Shown here: piece by piece, positions 36,846 through 51,546 of the stretch | Layout of the letters: each line of letters starts with the position of its first letter | Numbering within the stretch: position 1 is the stretch's first letter | Source of the DNA: Mobula hypostoma | Lineage: Eukaryota | Assembly: GCF_963921235.1 (NCBI RefSeq) | Contig: NC_086108.1 | Location: 56,918,001 to 56,982,000 of the forward strand | DNA length: 64,000 bases | Direction: 5' to 3' | Made by a program: the position numbers and the translations under genes | The notes under the pieces: generated by a model | The model's input: only the letters and a program-made list of their open reading frames with translations | Told to the model about the DNA's origin: nothing | Databases searched by the model: none

Positions 36846-38199
36846 AGTGCTCATGTTTCTATAAGGAGTTAATTGGGTGCACAAGTGTCCAATCAGTTCA
36901 GTAGGTATGGGCTCACATTTCAAGCTGTAGGTTTTCTGTACATGAAATTGTATTGGCTTGTCTGCAAGAATTCATACACCAGAGCTATTTAAGGTAGTAA
37001 ATAATATAAACGAGTGAGGCTCTTATTTGTTGAAATATGCTTTTCAACTATTGGCACAAGTCTCCCACGGGACTGGTTAAACTTGCTCTGTAGCTTGCAA
37101 TGTTAATAAGCAGAAAGCAACACGCACACAAGTCAACCAGCATCTATGGAGGAAATAAAAGGATAACGCTTCAGGTTGAGAGAGGATTTCAGCCTGAAAC
37201 GTCGACTGTTTATTCCCCTCCATAGATGCTACCTGACCTGCTGAGTTCTTCCAGCATTTTGTGTGTGCTGCTGAAGACTTCCAGCATCTGCAGAACCTTT
37301 CGTGTTTGTAATATGCAGGAAGGATCTTTCACTTAAAGGGATCCAGCAATACAGGTTGACTGACATTTTAGATTGTAGCTTTTGGAGGTCGTAACTCATA
37401 AATCTAGAAGTCTAATGTTTCAGCTGAGATTATAGGAACTGTAAAACTCTTATGACAGACCGGTCCCCTCCACTGCACAATGTGGCTTATTACACCAGTT
37501 TCTGAATCATAAAAATAAATTATTACTTAGGGTATTGATTCTCATCAAAATTTTTCTATGCCATTGTTTAGTTTATTCATTGTTCGTGTGCCATACGGCT
37601 TTAAAACTTATGCTGATTTGACTTTTTTTTTCCTTGCAGCTTGGTATATTTTGCAGCATGTTATTTTGTATATAAACATACAAAATATCAGGAAATTAAG
37701 ATCTTATAAAAGTTATATAACTGATTTGATGGCTTAAACGTGACACAAACATGAAAAGTCCTGATGAAGAGTCTTGGCCCAAAACATCAACTGTTCATTC
37801 CCCTCCATAGATGCTGCCTGGTCTGCTGAGTTCCTCCAGCATTTTGTGTGTGTTGCTCAACATTTCCAGCATCTGCAGATTCTCTTGTGTATACATACGT
37901 GAAGTAAGGTTTAGACATATCATACACTCCATTTCAGAAAACAAAAGACCTGTCCTGGGGTGGGAAGCCTGTCCGTGGGTGGGTGGGAGGAAGGGAGGGA
38001 AGGAGGAGAAGTTTGTTTGCTGCTATTGTTGTTTTGTTTTGTCCTGTTCTGGTGAGCGTCGCGGGCTTGCTGTGTATGTGCTGGAATGTGTGGTGACACT
38101 CGCGAGTTGCCTCTAGCATATCCATAGGATGTGTTGGTTGTTAAGGCAAACAATTCAGTTCACTCTATGTTTTGCTGTACAGTACATGTGATAAATCTG

Positions 38200-40915
38200 A
38201 TTTTTTTTTGTTTTGTTTTCAAATGTTTTTATTGTGAAGCACATCAGCTTAACCACAACCGACAATGTCCTAAAGCAGCGGTCCCCAACCACCGGGCCGT
38301 GGACCGGTACCGGGCCGTAAAGCATGTGCTACCGGGCCGTAAGGAAACGATATGAGTCAGCTGCACCTTTCCTCATTCCCTGTCATGCACTGTTGAACTT
38401 GAACATGGGGTTGCCAACTGCCCTGTATTTACCGGGACATCCCGTAGATTGGGCTAAATTGGTTTGTCCTGTATTTCCCCTGCTGAGGTAGAGCGATCCT
38501 ATGAAACCTTTTGTGCCGAAATGGCGTGAAGTGAAAAAGCAATTACCATTAATTTATATGAGAAAAATTTTTGAGCATTCCCAGACCCAAAAAATAACCT
38601 AACAAATTATACCAAATAACACCTTAAACCAAAAATAAATAACACTAACATATAGTAAAAGCAGGAATGATATGATATATACACAACCTATATAAAGTAG
38701 AAATAATGTATGTACAGTATAGTCAGGAAGATGAAGGCCAAACCGATTTGTGTGGGAAAAAATCGGCACAGACGTGCATGTGCCCATCACATGCGCGCAC
38801 AGGTGCCCACGCAAGGTTTCATGGTCATTGTAGTCTTTTCTGGGGTAAAGTGTCCCAGGATTTGACTGCTACTTTTGTCCCTTATTTGGGAGTGAGAAAG
38901 TTGGCAACCCTAACTATAAAAGACATGTCGAGGTGAGTTTAACCCTACTTGAACACCCCCCCCCACCCCCCGGTCGGCCAGTCCGCAAGAATATTGTCAA
39001 TATTAAACCAGTCCGTGGTGCAAAAAAGGTTGGGGACCCCTGTCCTAAAGTACAATGCTTCTTTTTCCTTTTCTTTCTTATAATAATGTAATGAAAATCA
39101 AATGAATGTATGTATAGTAAACAAGCAAAAAGCAAAGGAAACCCTACCACCCCGTCTCCTTTCCCCTTCCCAGCCCAACCCTCCCCTCAGCCCTCCCGTA
39201 TGTGCTGTTTAGGTCCTACTGGCCCCCACACTTAGTTCAGCTGTCAGTCTCTTCTAAGTACAACAGTAATGGTTGCCAGATTTTTTCAAATTCCTTGAGT
39301 CTGTCCTTGATAACGTATCTTATCCTCTCTAGATGCAGAGTATCCATTAATGTAGCCAGCCATTGTCTGAGTGACGGAGTTTCCTCCTTTTTCCAGAACA
39401 TCAGTATGAGTTTCTTTCCATTAAGTTTGCCATGGGTCAGGAGTTGTTGCTGGGTAGCCTGGAATTTATTTGACCTCGCAGAAATTCCAAAAATTATTAA
39501 AATGGGGTCTGGTATTATCTGAACCTTTAGTACCTTCAATAGGTTCTCAAATATTTGCTTCCAATACTCTTGTATCCTGGGACATAAAGCATAACTATGT
39601 AACAAATTTGCCTCTGAGGACTTGCATTTCTCACACATTGGGGACACCTCTGGGAATATTTTATGAATCCTTACTTTTGAGTAATATAGTCTATTTATGA
39701 ATATTAAATTGTATTGAACAATACCTGGCATTGATGGAACAGGAATTAACATACTCCAAAGCCTCATTCCATATAACCTCCTCTATCTCTGTACCCAACT
39801 CCTTTTCCCACTCTTTTTTTAATATTATCCATTGTTGTATGACACTTGTTTTATATGGCATCATACAGATAGGCGATGATGTGTTCCGTCCCTAAACATG
39901 ATCTTACATGATTATCTAATTTATCGGGTTCTGCCATCTCAAAACCAGAAAGATGTGATCTTATATAGTATCTTAGCTGGAGATACCTGAAAAAATAACT
40001 CTCTTGTAATCCAAACTTGTCCTGGAGCTGCCGAAATGACGCAAAAATCCCTTGTATGTATAAGTCTCCAATGCTGCATATCCCTAATTCTCACCATGCA
40101 TCAAAGGCCCCATCTGTACATGAGAGGATAAAAGAGGGGTACAAGAAAAGCTAATGTTCTGAGTTTCAAATGCTTCCCCATTTGTCTCCACATCTGTATG
40201 GTGCTATGGATAATGGGATCGCCTCTATAACAGGCTTTATTTAACTGAATAGGGACATAATGATTTTTTTTAGTCTTGGTTTGTCTTGTGTTTCAGTGAT
40301 ATCATTCTGGAGGAACAAATTGTATCATTTCTTAGTGTATGCATTACTAAATGACAATAAAAGAGGACTGCGTGTCCTCATAATCTAATCTAACATGGTA
40401 GGCAATCCTCACGCTCCATCTCCAGTCATCCGGGAAGTACAACTGTATCATCTATCCAGTATGCTATATGGCTAACGTTAACAGCCTAGTAATAAAAAAT
40501 AAAGTTGGGTAGTGCCAGTCCCCCACTAGTCTTATTCTTGCAGAGATGTTCTTCCCTAATTCGATGGGCTTTATAATTCCATATTAAAGGTAGAATTATC
40601 AAATCTAATTCTTTACAAAAGGTTTTGGTGAGATAGAGGGGCAGGTTCTGAAATAGATAGAGCAGTTGGGGAAGGAAGATCATCTTGATTGCATTTACTC
40701 TACCCATTAAAGAAATTGGGAACGTCTTCCAAAATTCTATTTTCTTTTTAATCGTTTCAATTAGAGGGATAAAATTTGCTTCAAATAGAGAACTATACTT
40801 TTTGGTTATTACAATTCCAAGGTAAGTAAACTTCTCAAGGGTTATTTTGAATGGAAATTGTTTAAGGCCCTACTGTTCTTCTACTCGGACCGGGAATAAT
40901 TCACTTTTCCCCTGA
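38200..40915 (-). mobile_element. L1-clade LINE ORF2 3' portion
   Basis: GRVNAIKMIFLPQLLYLFQNLP, GGLALPNFIFYY, and C-terminal CEKC...LLHSYALC. T-rich run near 38200 is the A-tail. Interrupted by a hAT MITE and a short insert at about 40255-40395. Confidence 0.85.
38276..39042. mobile_element. hAT (Charlie-like) MITE with 8-bp TSD
   Basis: TIRs cagcggtccccaacc and ggttggggacccctg. TSD tcctaaag at 38268-38275 and 39043-39050. Confidence 0.92.
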
Positions 40916-41384
40916 CAAATCTGAATTTGCATCTGATTTATACAAAACCTGGCTCAAATATTGCTTTTCCAGATTTGTGGATGTGATTCCTTAGTAGGAA
41001 AACCATTTCCAATAGATCGTAATAAAAGCTGAGTATTCCCAGCCATTTTCTTCTCCTCATGATGGTCCAGGGAGCTTCTGGGATGAGGTTCCAGTAGCTC
41101 CTTAGATCCCAGGAACAATTTCAGCTTCAGAGTTCACACAGTAAGCCTGCCCCGTTTCCAGACAAAGGCCATTCACACTCACCTCCTAACAGCAGTTATT
41201 CAATGTTAGGAGCAGAACACCAACGGAATTTTCATCCTGCCTTTGGTGTTGATGACAGCAGCAATAAAAAAATCCTGTTAGGATCTGCTACTTCATACAA
41301 GCCTGGATTAAATCCACCTCATTAGGAAAACTGATATCCACACCAGGTTCCAACAGTGCCCACAGGCCAAATTCTGTAAATTGG

Positions 41385-42395
41385 CAAGTAGGTTTATTAT
41401 TGTCACATGTCTGCAGGTACAGTGTAAAACTTGTCTTGCTTACATTAATACAGATGACACAAACAACAGAAATTTTGCAGATGCTGGAAATTCAAGCAGC
41501 ACACATCAAAGTTGCTGGTGAACACAGCAGGCCAGGCAGCATTTCTAGGATTCATTACAACAGAGCATTAAGGTAGTATAAGATAAAACAATGACAGAAT
41601 ACAGAATAAAGTGTTACAGTACAGAGAAAACGATGTACAGGCTGACAATAAGCTGAAATGTCATAATTAGGTGGACTGTGAGGTTAAGAGTCCATCTTAC
41701 TGTACCAGGAAACTATTAAATAGTCTTATAACAGCAGAAAGGAAACTGTCTTTGAGCCTGGTGGTACATACTTTCAGGCTTTTTATTCTTTCACTGGGGT
41801 AGATGGGGGCTTTGATTATGTTGGCTGCTTAACCAAGGCAGTGAGAATTATAGACAGAGTCCATGGAGGAGAGATTAGTTTCTGTGATGTGCTGGACTTT
41901 GAACGTAGCTCTGCACTGTCTTGTGGTCACGGGCAGAGTAGCTACCACACTAAGGTGTGATGCATTGAGGTAGGACGTTTTCTGTGGTGCATTGATACAA
42001 ACTGGTGTGAGCCAAGGGAGACGTGCAAGATTTCTTTAGCACTAGTGAGCTTTCTGGGTTCTGCTGTCAACACGGTTGGACCAGGAAATGTTACTGTTGA
42101 TGTTCATTCCTAGGAACTTGAAGCTTGAAACACTCTTGGCCTCAGCACCGTTGAAGTAAACGGGAGCATGTGCACTGATCCATCCCCACCCCCCCCACCA
42201 AACCTTCCTGAAGTCAATCACTAATTCTTTTGTTATGCTGACAATGAGAGGAAGGTTATTGTCTTGACACCATGTCGCGAGGCTCTCTATCTCCTTCCTG
42301 TACTCCAGCTCATTGTTACTGAGATTCAGCCCGCTACGGTGGCATTATATGCAAATTTGTAGATGCAGTCAGAGCAGAATCTAGCCTCACAGTCA
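41385..42395 (-). mobile_element. Old Rex1-type LINE 3' fragment
   Basis: Reverse complement shows the FKFLG-type motif (ggaacttgaagc) and aagtcaatcactaattctttt (KELVIDF). Confidence 0.6.
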
Positions 42396-42499
42396 TGAGT
42401 ATAAGGGTATAACTACAGAATAATACCTGTTGTCATTATTCTGTCTTCCAGAAGAACACACAATATCCCGAGGCATCATTTTAAAACAGGTCTGGTGAG

Positions 42500-43540
42500 C
42501 AGGGTGGTATGGTGGCATAGTAGTTAGCATAACACTTTACAGTGCCATCTATCAGTAAGTTGGGGTTCAGTTCTGGCCACTGTCTGTTAGGAGTGTACAT
42601 TCTCCCTGTGACCATATGGGTTTCTTCCGGGTGCTCCAGTTTCCTTCTACATTTCAAAGACACAGTTAGAGTTGATGGTGGACGTGAAGAGGGCTAAGGC
42701 ACCGGTGACCCCTGTTTCCATCCAGGGGTTCAGTGTGGACATGGTGGAGGATTACAAATACCTGGGGATATGAATTGACAATAAACTGGACTGGTCAAAG
42801 AACACTGAGGCTGTCTACAAGAAGGGTCAGAGCCATCTCTATTTCCTGAGGAGACTGAGGTCCTTTAGCATCTGTCAGACGATGCTGAGGATGATCAATG
42901 AGTCTGTGGTGGCCAGTGCTATCATGTTTGCTGTTGTGTGCTGGGGCAGCAGGCTGAGGGTAGCAGACACCAACAGAATCAACAAACTCATTCGTAAGGC
43001 CAGTGATGTTGTGGGGATGGAACTGGACTCTCTCACGGTGGTGTCTGAAAAGAGGATGCTGTCCAAGTTGCATGCCATCTTGGTCAATGTCTCCCATCCA
43101 CTACATAATGTACTGGGTGGGCACAGGAGTACATTCAGCCAGAGACTCATTCCACCGAGATGCAACACTGAGCGTCATAGGAAGTCATTCCTGCCTGTGG
43201 CCATCAAACTTTACAACTCCTCCCTTGGAGGGTCAGACATCCTGAGCCAATAGGCTGGTCCTGGACTTATTTCCATCTGGCATAATTTACATATTATTTA
43301 ATTATTTATTGTTTTATATTGTTATATTTATACTTTATTCTTGGTTGGTGCAACTGTAACGAAACCCAACTTCCCTCGGGATCAATAAAGTATGACTATG
43401 ATTATGACTAGAGTTAGTACGTTGTGGGCAAGCTATGTGACAATTACAAGTTGCCCAACACAATCCTCACTGATTCAATTTGATGCAAATGATGCATTTC
43501 ACTGTATGTTTCAATGTACATATACAAATAAAACTGATCT
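42500..43540 (+). mobile_element. V-SINE (HE1-like), split by a LINE insertion
   Basis: tRNA-like head plus V-domain tgggtttcttccgggtgctccagtttcc; resumes at 43416. Confidence 0.7.
42674..43408 (+). mobile_element. Rex1/Babar-type LINE 3' end with TSD tagagtt
   Basis: YKYLG, KKGQSHLYFLRRLRSF, RCNTERHRKSFLP and a (tatgac)n tail. TSD at 42667-42673 and 43409-43415. Confidence 0.88.
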
Positions 43541-44009
43541 TTATTATCCTTGGTAGTCTGGCCGATAATTAATTCTGAACAAAAGCTAAAGCCCGTTTGT
43601 GAGATCCTGCTTTGTGTAAGTTACCTGCTCTGCTCTAACATTTCAGCACAACAATGTGTGAAAAGTCTTCATTTACTGTGAGATGTTGAGTAGGGTCTTG
43701 AACTTCAAAGACATCACACATGTAAAAGCTTGTTTCTATGGTAATACATGCGTAGCCTGCAAACACTGAACAAATAATGTTGCTTGTTAAGTTTTAAATG
43801 CCACTGGCAAAGATGGTGTCTTATCTTACAAAATATATTGAAGCACTCTTGCACAGGTCCCCTTCCTTTCCGTGTCTCCTGGCTTGAGATCTTAAGGAAC
43901 CTTTATTTGTACAGTGTAATTGGAACTCAGTGGCCAGCTGGTGGTGCTCAACTGCAAGATTTTTCTCTTTCTGGTTTAGCTTCCTCCTTAAGATATGAAG
44001 TAAATTTCT

Positions 44010-44940
44010 CAAACAAGAGAAAATCTGCAGATGCTGGAAATCTGAGCAACACACATGAAATGCTGGAGGAACTCAGCAGGCCAGGCAGCATCTATGGAAA
44101 AGAGTACAGTTGACCTTTTGGGCTGAGACCCGTCATCAGGACTGGAGAAAAAAAGATAAGGGGGTCAGACTTAGAAGGTGAGGGGAAGGGAGAAACACAA
44201 GGTGATAGGTGAAACTGGGGTTGGGGAGGAGGGGTGAATTAAAAAGTTGGGAAGTTGATTGGTGACAGCGATAAAGGGCTGGAGAAGGGGGAATCTAATA
44301 CGAGTGGACAGAAGGCCATGGAAGAAAGAAAAGAGGGAGAAGCACCAGAGGGAGGTGATAGACAGGCAAGGAGATAAGATGAGAGAGGAAAATGTTGAAG
44401 TGGGGGGGGTGGATATTACTGGAAGTTTGAGAAATTGATGTTCATGCCATCAGGTTGGAGGCTACCCAGACGGAATATAAGGTGTTGCTCCTCCGACCTG
44501 AATGTGGCCTCATCGGAGCAGTAGAGGAGGCCATGGACTTGACGTATCGGAATGGGAATGGGAAGTGGAATTAAAATGGGTGGCCACTGGGAGATCCCGC
44601 TTTTTCTAGCGAACGGAACATAGGTGCTCGGCAAGGCGATCTCCCAATCTACGTCAGGTCTCACCAATATACAGGAGGCCACACTGGGAGCACTGGATAC
44701 AGAAAATGACCCCAACAGGCTCACAGGTGAAGTGTCGCCTCAGTTGGAAGTACTCCCCTCCCCACAATTTCCTGCTTTCCGCAGGATTGCTCACTACGTG
44801 ACTCCCTTGTCCATTCGTCCCTCCCCACTGATCTTCCTCCTGGTACTTATCCTTGTAAGTGGAACAAGTGCCACACCTGCCCCTACACCTCCTCCCTCCA
44901 TTCAGGGTCCCAAACAGATCTACCAGGTGGGCCACACTTC
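44010..44940 (-). mobile_element. Penelope-like element with an inverted 5' segment
   Basis: 44010-44750 on the minus strand (CSQCGLLYIGET, LIFRLGSLQPDGMNI). 44750-44940 is the adjacent upstream segment in plus orientation. Confidence 0.8.
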
Positions 44941-45464
44941 GGAGATCCATGAGCCAGCCAGTCCTCATCAGGGGATCAGAGCTGGAGGGAGTCAGCAACT
45001 TTAAATACCTTGGTGTTATCATTTCAGAGGATCTGTCCTGGGTGCAGCATGTAATGCCATCATGAAGAAAGCATAGCAATGTCTCTACTTTCTTAGAAGT
45101 TTCCAAAGTTACAGCATGTCATTAAAATTTTGACAAACTTCTAAATTTTGGTAGAGAATGTATTGACTGGTTGCATCATGGCCTGGTACCGAAACACCAA
45201 TACCCTTGGAAAGGAAGAGCCTACAAAAAGTAGTGGATATGGCCCAGTCCATCATGGGTAAAGCCCTCTCCACCATTGAGCGCATCTTCGGCCAGTTCAG
45301 CTCTCATGCCTCTGTAATACTTATACTGTACATCTGATTTTAGCTTCTCCTTCTCAAACTGCAGGGTTGAAATTATATCAGCACCCAAATTTCATACTGG
45401 GTCTAGAATTTTCCAATATTTTTGATAGTCTTCCATCCATTAAATGGAAAGTCAATATTGTGAG

Positions 45465-46142
45465 GGGAGGGGAGGAGAAGATGGCGGTGCGACGCAGCGC
45501 ACGCGGCCGCTCCGAAATGATATCGTATTTGTGAAGTAGGTACCGTGTACAATCCTGATTTGATGTAGACTGCTGTGTGAAGCACAGAGGAACATCTGGA
45601 GAAACTTCTGAAATGCCTGCTTTGCTGCCGCTGCTACTGTGCGATCGAGAATCTCCGGAGGGGAAGGCCCCAAATCCTCAGCTTTGCCTATTGCCTGTTG
45701 CCGGGGCTGGGGTCGAAACACTCGGCAGAGATGGTGCTCGGTGTCGGGGGGCTGGTCGGAGTCTCGAAGTTTTCTAACAGACTCAAGAGTCGGCTGTGGG
45801 TCGGGTGCTTCCAGGGTGCTGCATCGGCAAGTTTGCGGCGCTGGAAGCTCATGGCAGGAAGAGTTTTTCTTCCTTCAAACATCTGCGTGAGATGATGGGA
45901 CTTTCGAGAGACTTTGAGACTTTTTTTTTACTATGCCCATGGTCTGTTCTTTATCAAATTATGGTATTACTTTGCACTGTTGTGACTATATGTTATAATT
46001 ATGTGGTTTTAGTCAGTTTTTCAGTCTTGGTTTGTCTTGTGTTTCTGTGATATCATTCTGGAGGAACATTGTATCATTTCTTAATACATGCATTACTAAA
46101 TGACAATAAAAGAGGACTGGGTGTCCTCATAATCTAATCTAA
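45465..46142 (+). mobile_element. Short non-autonomous retroelement (CpG-rich head, LINE-like tail)
   Basis: Head ggagaagatggcggtgcgacg and tail aataaaagaggactg...ataatctaatct. The same tail is at 40255-40395. Confidence 0.6.
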
Positions 46143-46818
46143 ACATCTGGATATTAGCATCAAAGAGTCCAAAACATTGCAGGTATGTTGTGGAAGAAAA
46201 TGAACAGTTGATGTCCTCAGTCAGGTCCTGATGCAGGGTCTCAGCCTGGAACATCGACTGTTCATTTTACCCTCTAGATCATGTGTTGCCAAGCTTTTTT
46301 ATGCTATGGACCAATACCATTAAGAAAAAGGTCCATGGACTCCAGGCTGGCAACCCCTGTTCCAGAAGCTGCCTGACGTGCTTACTGCTTAGTTCTTCCA
46401 GCATTTTGTGTGTGTTGATCCAGATTTCCAGTATCTTCACTCTCTCTTGTGCTGGAATCTGACCTCCCATCACCCTATCCACATCCTTCTGCTTCTCTGC
46501 ATGAACTCTTTTGGATAGGCTGGTTTATTACTTAGGGTTTTCTGGTCATTTTGAAAAAGTAGGTTTCAATGCAGACTTGGAATTTGTTCTTGAATAACCT
46601 GAAAAGCCAGTCTCTGCCAATTTCCAAGACATAGTTCTAAATCTTGTCACGTTGTCACAGACCATCCTTGATATGTCTACCATGGAGATATAGTGGCCCC
46701 TCTATGTCTGAATATCTCAAATTTGAGTCAAAGTCGTAAGTCTGAATTAAGTAGATCCTGACTTCTAGTTGCTCTATATTTGGGTGAGTTTAGTAGGTTA
46801 TCAGTTGAAATAATTTGT

Positions 46819-46821
<3 letters not shown>

Positions 46822-46873
<52 letters not shown>
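46822..46873. repeat. (AC)n microsatellite, about 25 units
   Basis: Seen directly in the sequence. Confidence 0.98.
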
Positions 46874-46874
<1 letters not shown>

Positions 46875-49800
46875 GAGCATTGATATTACAACTGGAAGGG
46901 AATTGTCAGATGCCACTCACCTCATTTTGGACAATCAGAACATTACAAGAACCCAAAAACAACTGAAGAAAAGTTATTTGTCCTTGAAGAAGTGAAGGAC
47001 TGAACAAACAGCAGTGTGTTACTGACAATACTGCTCATTCCTTATTGAAGCCAAATAGATTTACATGGGGCAACTAAATGTGGGCAAAGAAACTACTGGT
47101 GTGAGGGGGAAAAAAGCCTGAAGTTTTACAGCCTTGTTTCCAGTCTTGTCACATTACTGAAATAAACCTTTTCAAAGCCACAGAAGACAGCTCTCAAGAG
47201 ACCTTGAATGATCACAAATGTGCTTGATGAACTTTTTCTAGGCCCTTCTCTAATACTACCTCCAATTTAAAATCCTCTTTCTTGCAACCAGGTTTCTCCA
47301 TGGTTTCACTCCCGTCCTTCTCACTCTGTAACTATGACCCCTCCAAGCTCCCCAGAAGGGCCTTTTGTGTATTCCCTAGCATAATCAATCCAATCCGTGC
47401 TTTCAATTGCCTTAACCCCAAACTCCAAGGGCTAGTTAAGAGTTAACCAATTAATTGCGGGTCTGGAATCACATATAAACCAGGTGAATATGGATAGCAG
47501 ATTCCTGCACCTAAAAGATATTGGTGAACCAAATGAAAATCAAATATTTTTGGATGTCTGAAATGAAAAAAAAGATACTGAAAACACTTGGCAAGTGAGG
47601 CTACATTTGTAGAAAGAAAAAAACGAAGTTAATGTTTTAGGTCCAAGACTCTTTGTCTGAACTGGGACTTCAGTTTCCTGGTGCTAGCATTTTAGTCAGA
47701 CTTGCTAGTTAATCGAATTTAAAAGTCTGTAGCTGAGCTGATGAAAGATGGATTCGTATCTCCAGATCATTTGTTCTGTATTCTGGATAACTTCTCCGGT
47801 GCGACTGAACCACCAAATCCACAGTACTGATGGAAACAACAAGTTTGACAGGGGTCAACACATTCCAAGATGTTGCGTAAGCTCTGGAAGTTAGGGATGG
47901 GAATAGTGATCTGTTGAAGCAGAGAGAGGGCAAAGGAGTCTTTGAGGAGAACGGTGATCACAGTAAATTTGAACATAGGGGTACAGCAACATCTTACATT
48001 GAGACCAGGAAAGGGATAGGCTCAGGTGAAATGGATTGTGGACACACTGAACATGCAGAAATACAAGGCATGAAGTGGGATTTCATACATCGTTCCAGGC
48101 AAAGGGCATTTGAAAATTTGGCCTGATGGCAAGAGAGAGAAAAAGAAGCATCAGAGGCAACATGTCTCTGTGACAACAAAATAATGAGATCTTCAAACTT
48201 GCTATTGAAGATAATGGTGATGAAGTATGGTGGGAGTGTATTCAAAGATTCAAAGTACATTCATAATCTAAGTAATATGCAATATACAACTCTGAGATTC
48301 ATCTTCCCACAGACAACCATGAAACAAAGAAGCACCACAGAACCCATTAAAAGAAAACATCAAACACCCAACAAACCAAAAAAAAGAACAGATCATGCAA
48401 ACAGTAAAAAGATGAACGAAAAACATGGAATATAAAACATCAAACCATAAGATCATTGAAACAGTCTAGGAATGTTCAGTTTAGTTCAGCTCATTTCAAT
48501 TTAACACTGTGTCATTTGTTGACTGCAAAATCGCACAAACTTGCAAAAAATAAGGAGTAACCAGAAAGCAGAAACTCATCATAGCACGAACTACAGAATC
48601 CAATCCACAAACCATGTCGATTAAACCTTGCCATCGAGCAAGAGGGAGAGAGAGCCCAGTCAAACGCAGGCAGGCAGTGCCTAACACCTGTTTGCCTTTT
48701 GCTCTCGTTCTCGTTGATTTCCAACTTGCTTGAATGAAGAAAATTTGGTGATGGAAAGGAAGTGGGGAGTGAACTTTGATCAATCTTTAGCGATAAGGAC
48801 ATGAAATGGAAATGCTTGCTTCATTCCAGCCAAGTCTGGCGACAGATGGTTAAAGATGTCCACACCTACATCCCTTAGCTATAAGAGAGATGCAAATGGG
48901 AGCTACACCATGCAGGACCACAGGTGAAAGGGGTTAGTAGTGTTAATGGAGCAAAGTTATCAAAGTTGTTACATACTTTTCAGAAACTGGAGAAACAACA
49001 TTTAGGATGGTGGATCGGAGTTTAGACAGAATCAGAAAATGGAATCTGAAGGAGAAAGGGGAAATTATGGACAAAAAAATGAATAAGAAAATAATCAGAG
49101 ACTTGCTTATCAGTGAGAGTTGTGTTCGGGGTAGAAAGGCCACATGAAATACAGATTGAGGTGTAGCTACAAATATGGGTATGTCAATCTCCACAGAAAG
49201 AAATAGGCAACAAATGAGAGAGAGAGAGAGAGAGAGAAAGAAAAAGCTTAAGGGGAATATTTGAAATGTCAAGGATGAGAGTCAATGTGTAGGATGAATC
49301 AGAATGGCACCAATACTTGACAATGTTGTCAACATATTTTCCTAGGTTCCAGTGTCATTAGGAAAGGTGGGGAAGATCCCAGATGGGATACCATGCATTC
49401 TGATTCTAATTGCATGACTGACAAACTGTGTGGTTGTGAAATGTTCAGGTCATGAGGCACTCAGATCTGGAACTGCAAATCATGACTCATACAGATCACA
49501 AAGTGCTCAAGCTGAGAACTGCAGAAACAATGTTGTACATTCAATAGCCTTCACTAGGTCTTTTATCAAAATAATAGAAAATCAGCATATGTATAAATAA
49601 CACTCCCACATAACACTACTACTGCCACTTCCGTCAATCCCTTCACTAATCATTAATCCCACACATTACTGTCTGTGTGAGTAATAATATTTAATTCATA
49701 CACTCTGTGAAAATCCCTGTTCTGTAAATATCATACATGTAGATTGTCAATTTTCATCTTGTATTTTTGGAGTGTTCTTTCAAGACTTCTTCCCAATTTG

Positions 49801-51546
49801 ATCCCCTTTCATTAAACATAATGATGGATTTCAGGTGCCTTGCTGTATACCTTCAAGTGTAATTTGTCACTGGGTTGAGTGTTGGGTGCTTAATCAGTGA
49901 TGGATGTGGTCATTTCTTAGAGCAGCTATGAGTCAACAATATTGCTGTGACTCTGGAGTCATATTGTCCATACTAGGCAAGGGTGGCAAATTTTCTTTCT
50001 TGAAAAAACGTAAATGAACCAGATTCATTCCCATGACAATCTGGTTATTTCATGGTTAGCGTTACTAATACTGGCTTTTAACATTTCTTTTAAACTTCAA
50101 TCAAATTGCTCATACTCCTAACTGGAGTACACTGTGTACATCCTATCTATTCAATAGTCCATATGAGTTAATTTGCTGTAGAAAAAAAATTGATATTTAA
50201 AAGTGCAATACTGATATTGTGAGCATCTCCACGGGATATTCAGGATCTGTTAAGCGTAGACCTCTGTTAATGTTGATGTGTTACAGCTGGTCCCAGCATT
50301 CGGCGTCATTTCAAATAGTAGCTGAGTGTGGATGAAAGGACTGCTGTTGCATCTGAATCTTTACTCAAGGCTATCCTTTTTCCTGAAACGCTGGCCATTG
50401 CAGAAGTTGGTGCATTTGTTGCCTTGTGTTATCTCAGATGCTCAGTATACAGTCTTATGTGCAGCTGAATCAGACAAATTACAAAAGACAAAGGATCGTT
50501 ATTCTGGCTTCTAAAATGGCTGATTTCGACCAAGGCAATTTGAATTGGGCCAAGGGTTATAGGAATAATTTTAAACAACAGTGCATATTTTCCCTTCTGA
50601 AGTCTAATGCACAAGAAGGGTGTCTTCTCAAGCCAAGTGCACAGGAGGTGGGCGGAGAAGAAAAAAGTAGAAACTATATTGGTGTTTACAATTGTTCTTA
50701 AAATGACAATATTATTACTGGTAAAGAAACACCACAATTACAGGCAGACATCCCGTAATCTAGAGAAGCTGGGTTGCATGGTGTGGGTGGTGGGTCTTCT
50801 TGCAATCTTTGGAGTTTTGACACGATAACATTGGTTTTGGAGATTCTCCCTCTGATTGCATGAGTTTCTTTTGGGTAACCTGGTTTCCTCGCATATTCCA
50901 AAAAGAAACTAATTGGCAGGGTGTCACTGGTGAGTCAGCAGGTAAGATTGCTGCAGTGAACTGAGTTTAGCCCTGACCTTCAATGCTGTTTGCATGATCT
51001 TCCTGTGATTGCATGGGGTTGCCCTATCTGTTTTTTCTCTCAAGTCCCAAAGACACGCTGCTGGATTGGTTAATTGGTTGCTATAAAATACCTCCCAGGT
51101 AAGTGAGTGGGAGGAGAATCAGGACAGAATTGATGGATATATGAGAGAGAAATAAGTCATGTGTGGGAATAGTTTGGAGAACCAACATAGACTCAACATA
51201 CTGAATGGCCTGCTTTTATGTGATAAATAAGTATGAGAACAGGAAACAAAGTATGCAAGAAAATGGGACAGGGTTAGGGAAATGGATGACATGGGTGTCA
51301 TTTGTTTTGGGGGTCTTGTCGTAAACTGCATTACCTAATGAACGAAGGTTGGTAAACCTCCTTTGCCATCTATTTAGTTCCGCAATGGGCCAGCCAATTT
51401 ATCTTATAATCCAAAAACACATTTCACCTCTGGAAGAGTAATCTACCTTTCCACTAATAAAATACTTTATTATTACTGTTGGCTCAGTATAAATTACTTT
51501 GCCATTAACATGTAAAAACTTTTAAGTATTCTACCACTTTCAAAAA

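Noticed and set aside
37620..37710. Plus-strand acceptor followed by LVYFAACYFVYKHTKYQEIKIL*
   Set aside because: Isolated, with no upstream partner exon or recognisable homolog.
45465..45900. CpG-island promoter or first exon
   Set aside because: It is the head of a dispersed repeat whose tail recurs at 40255-40395.
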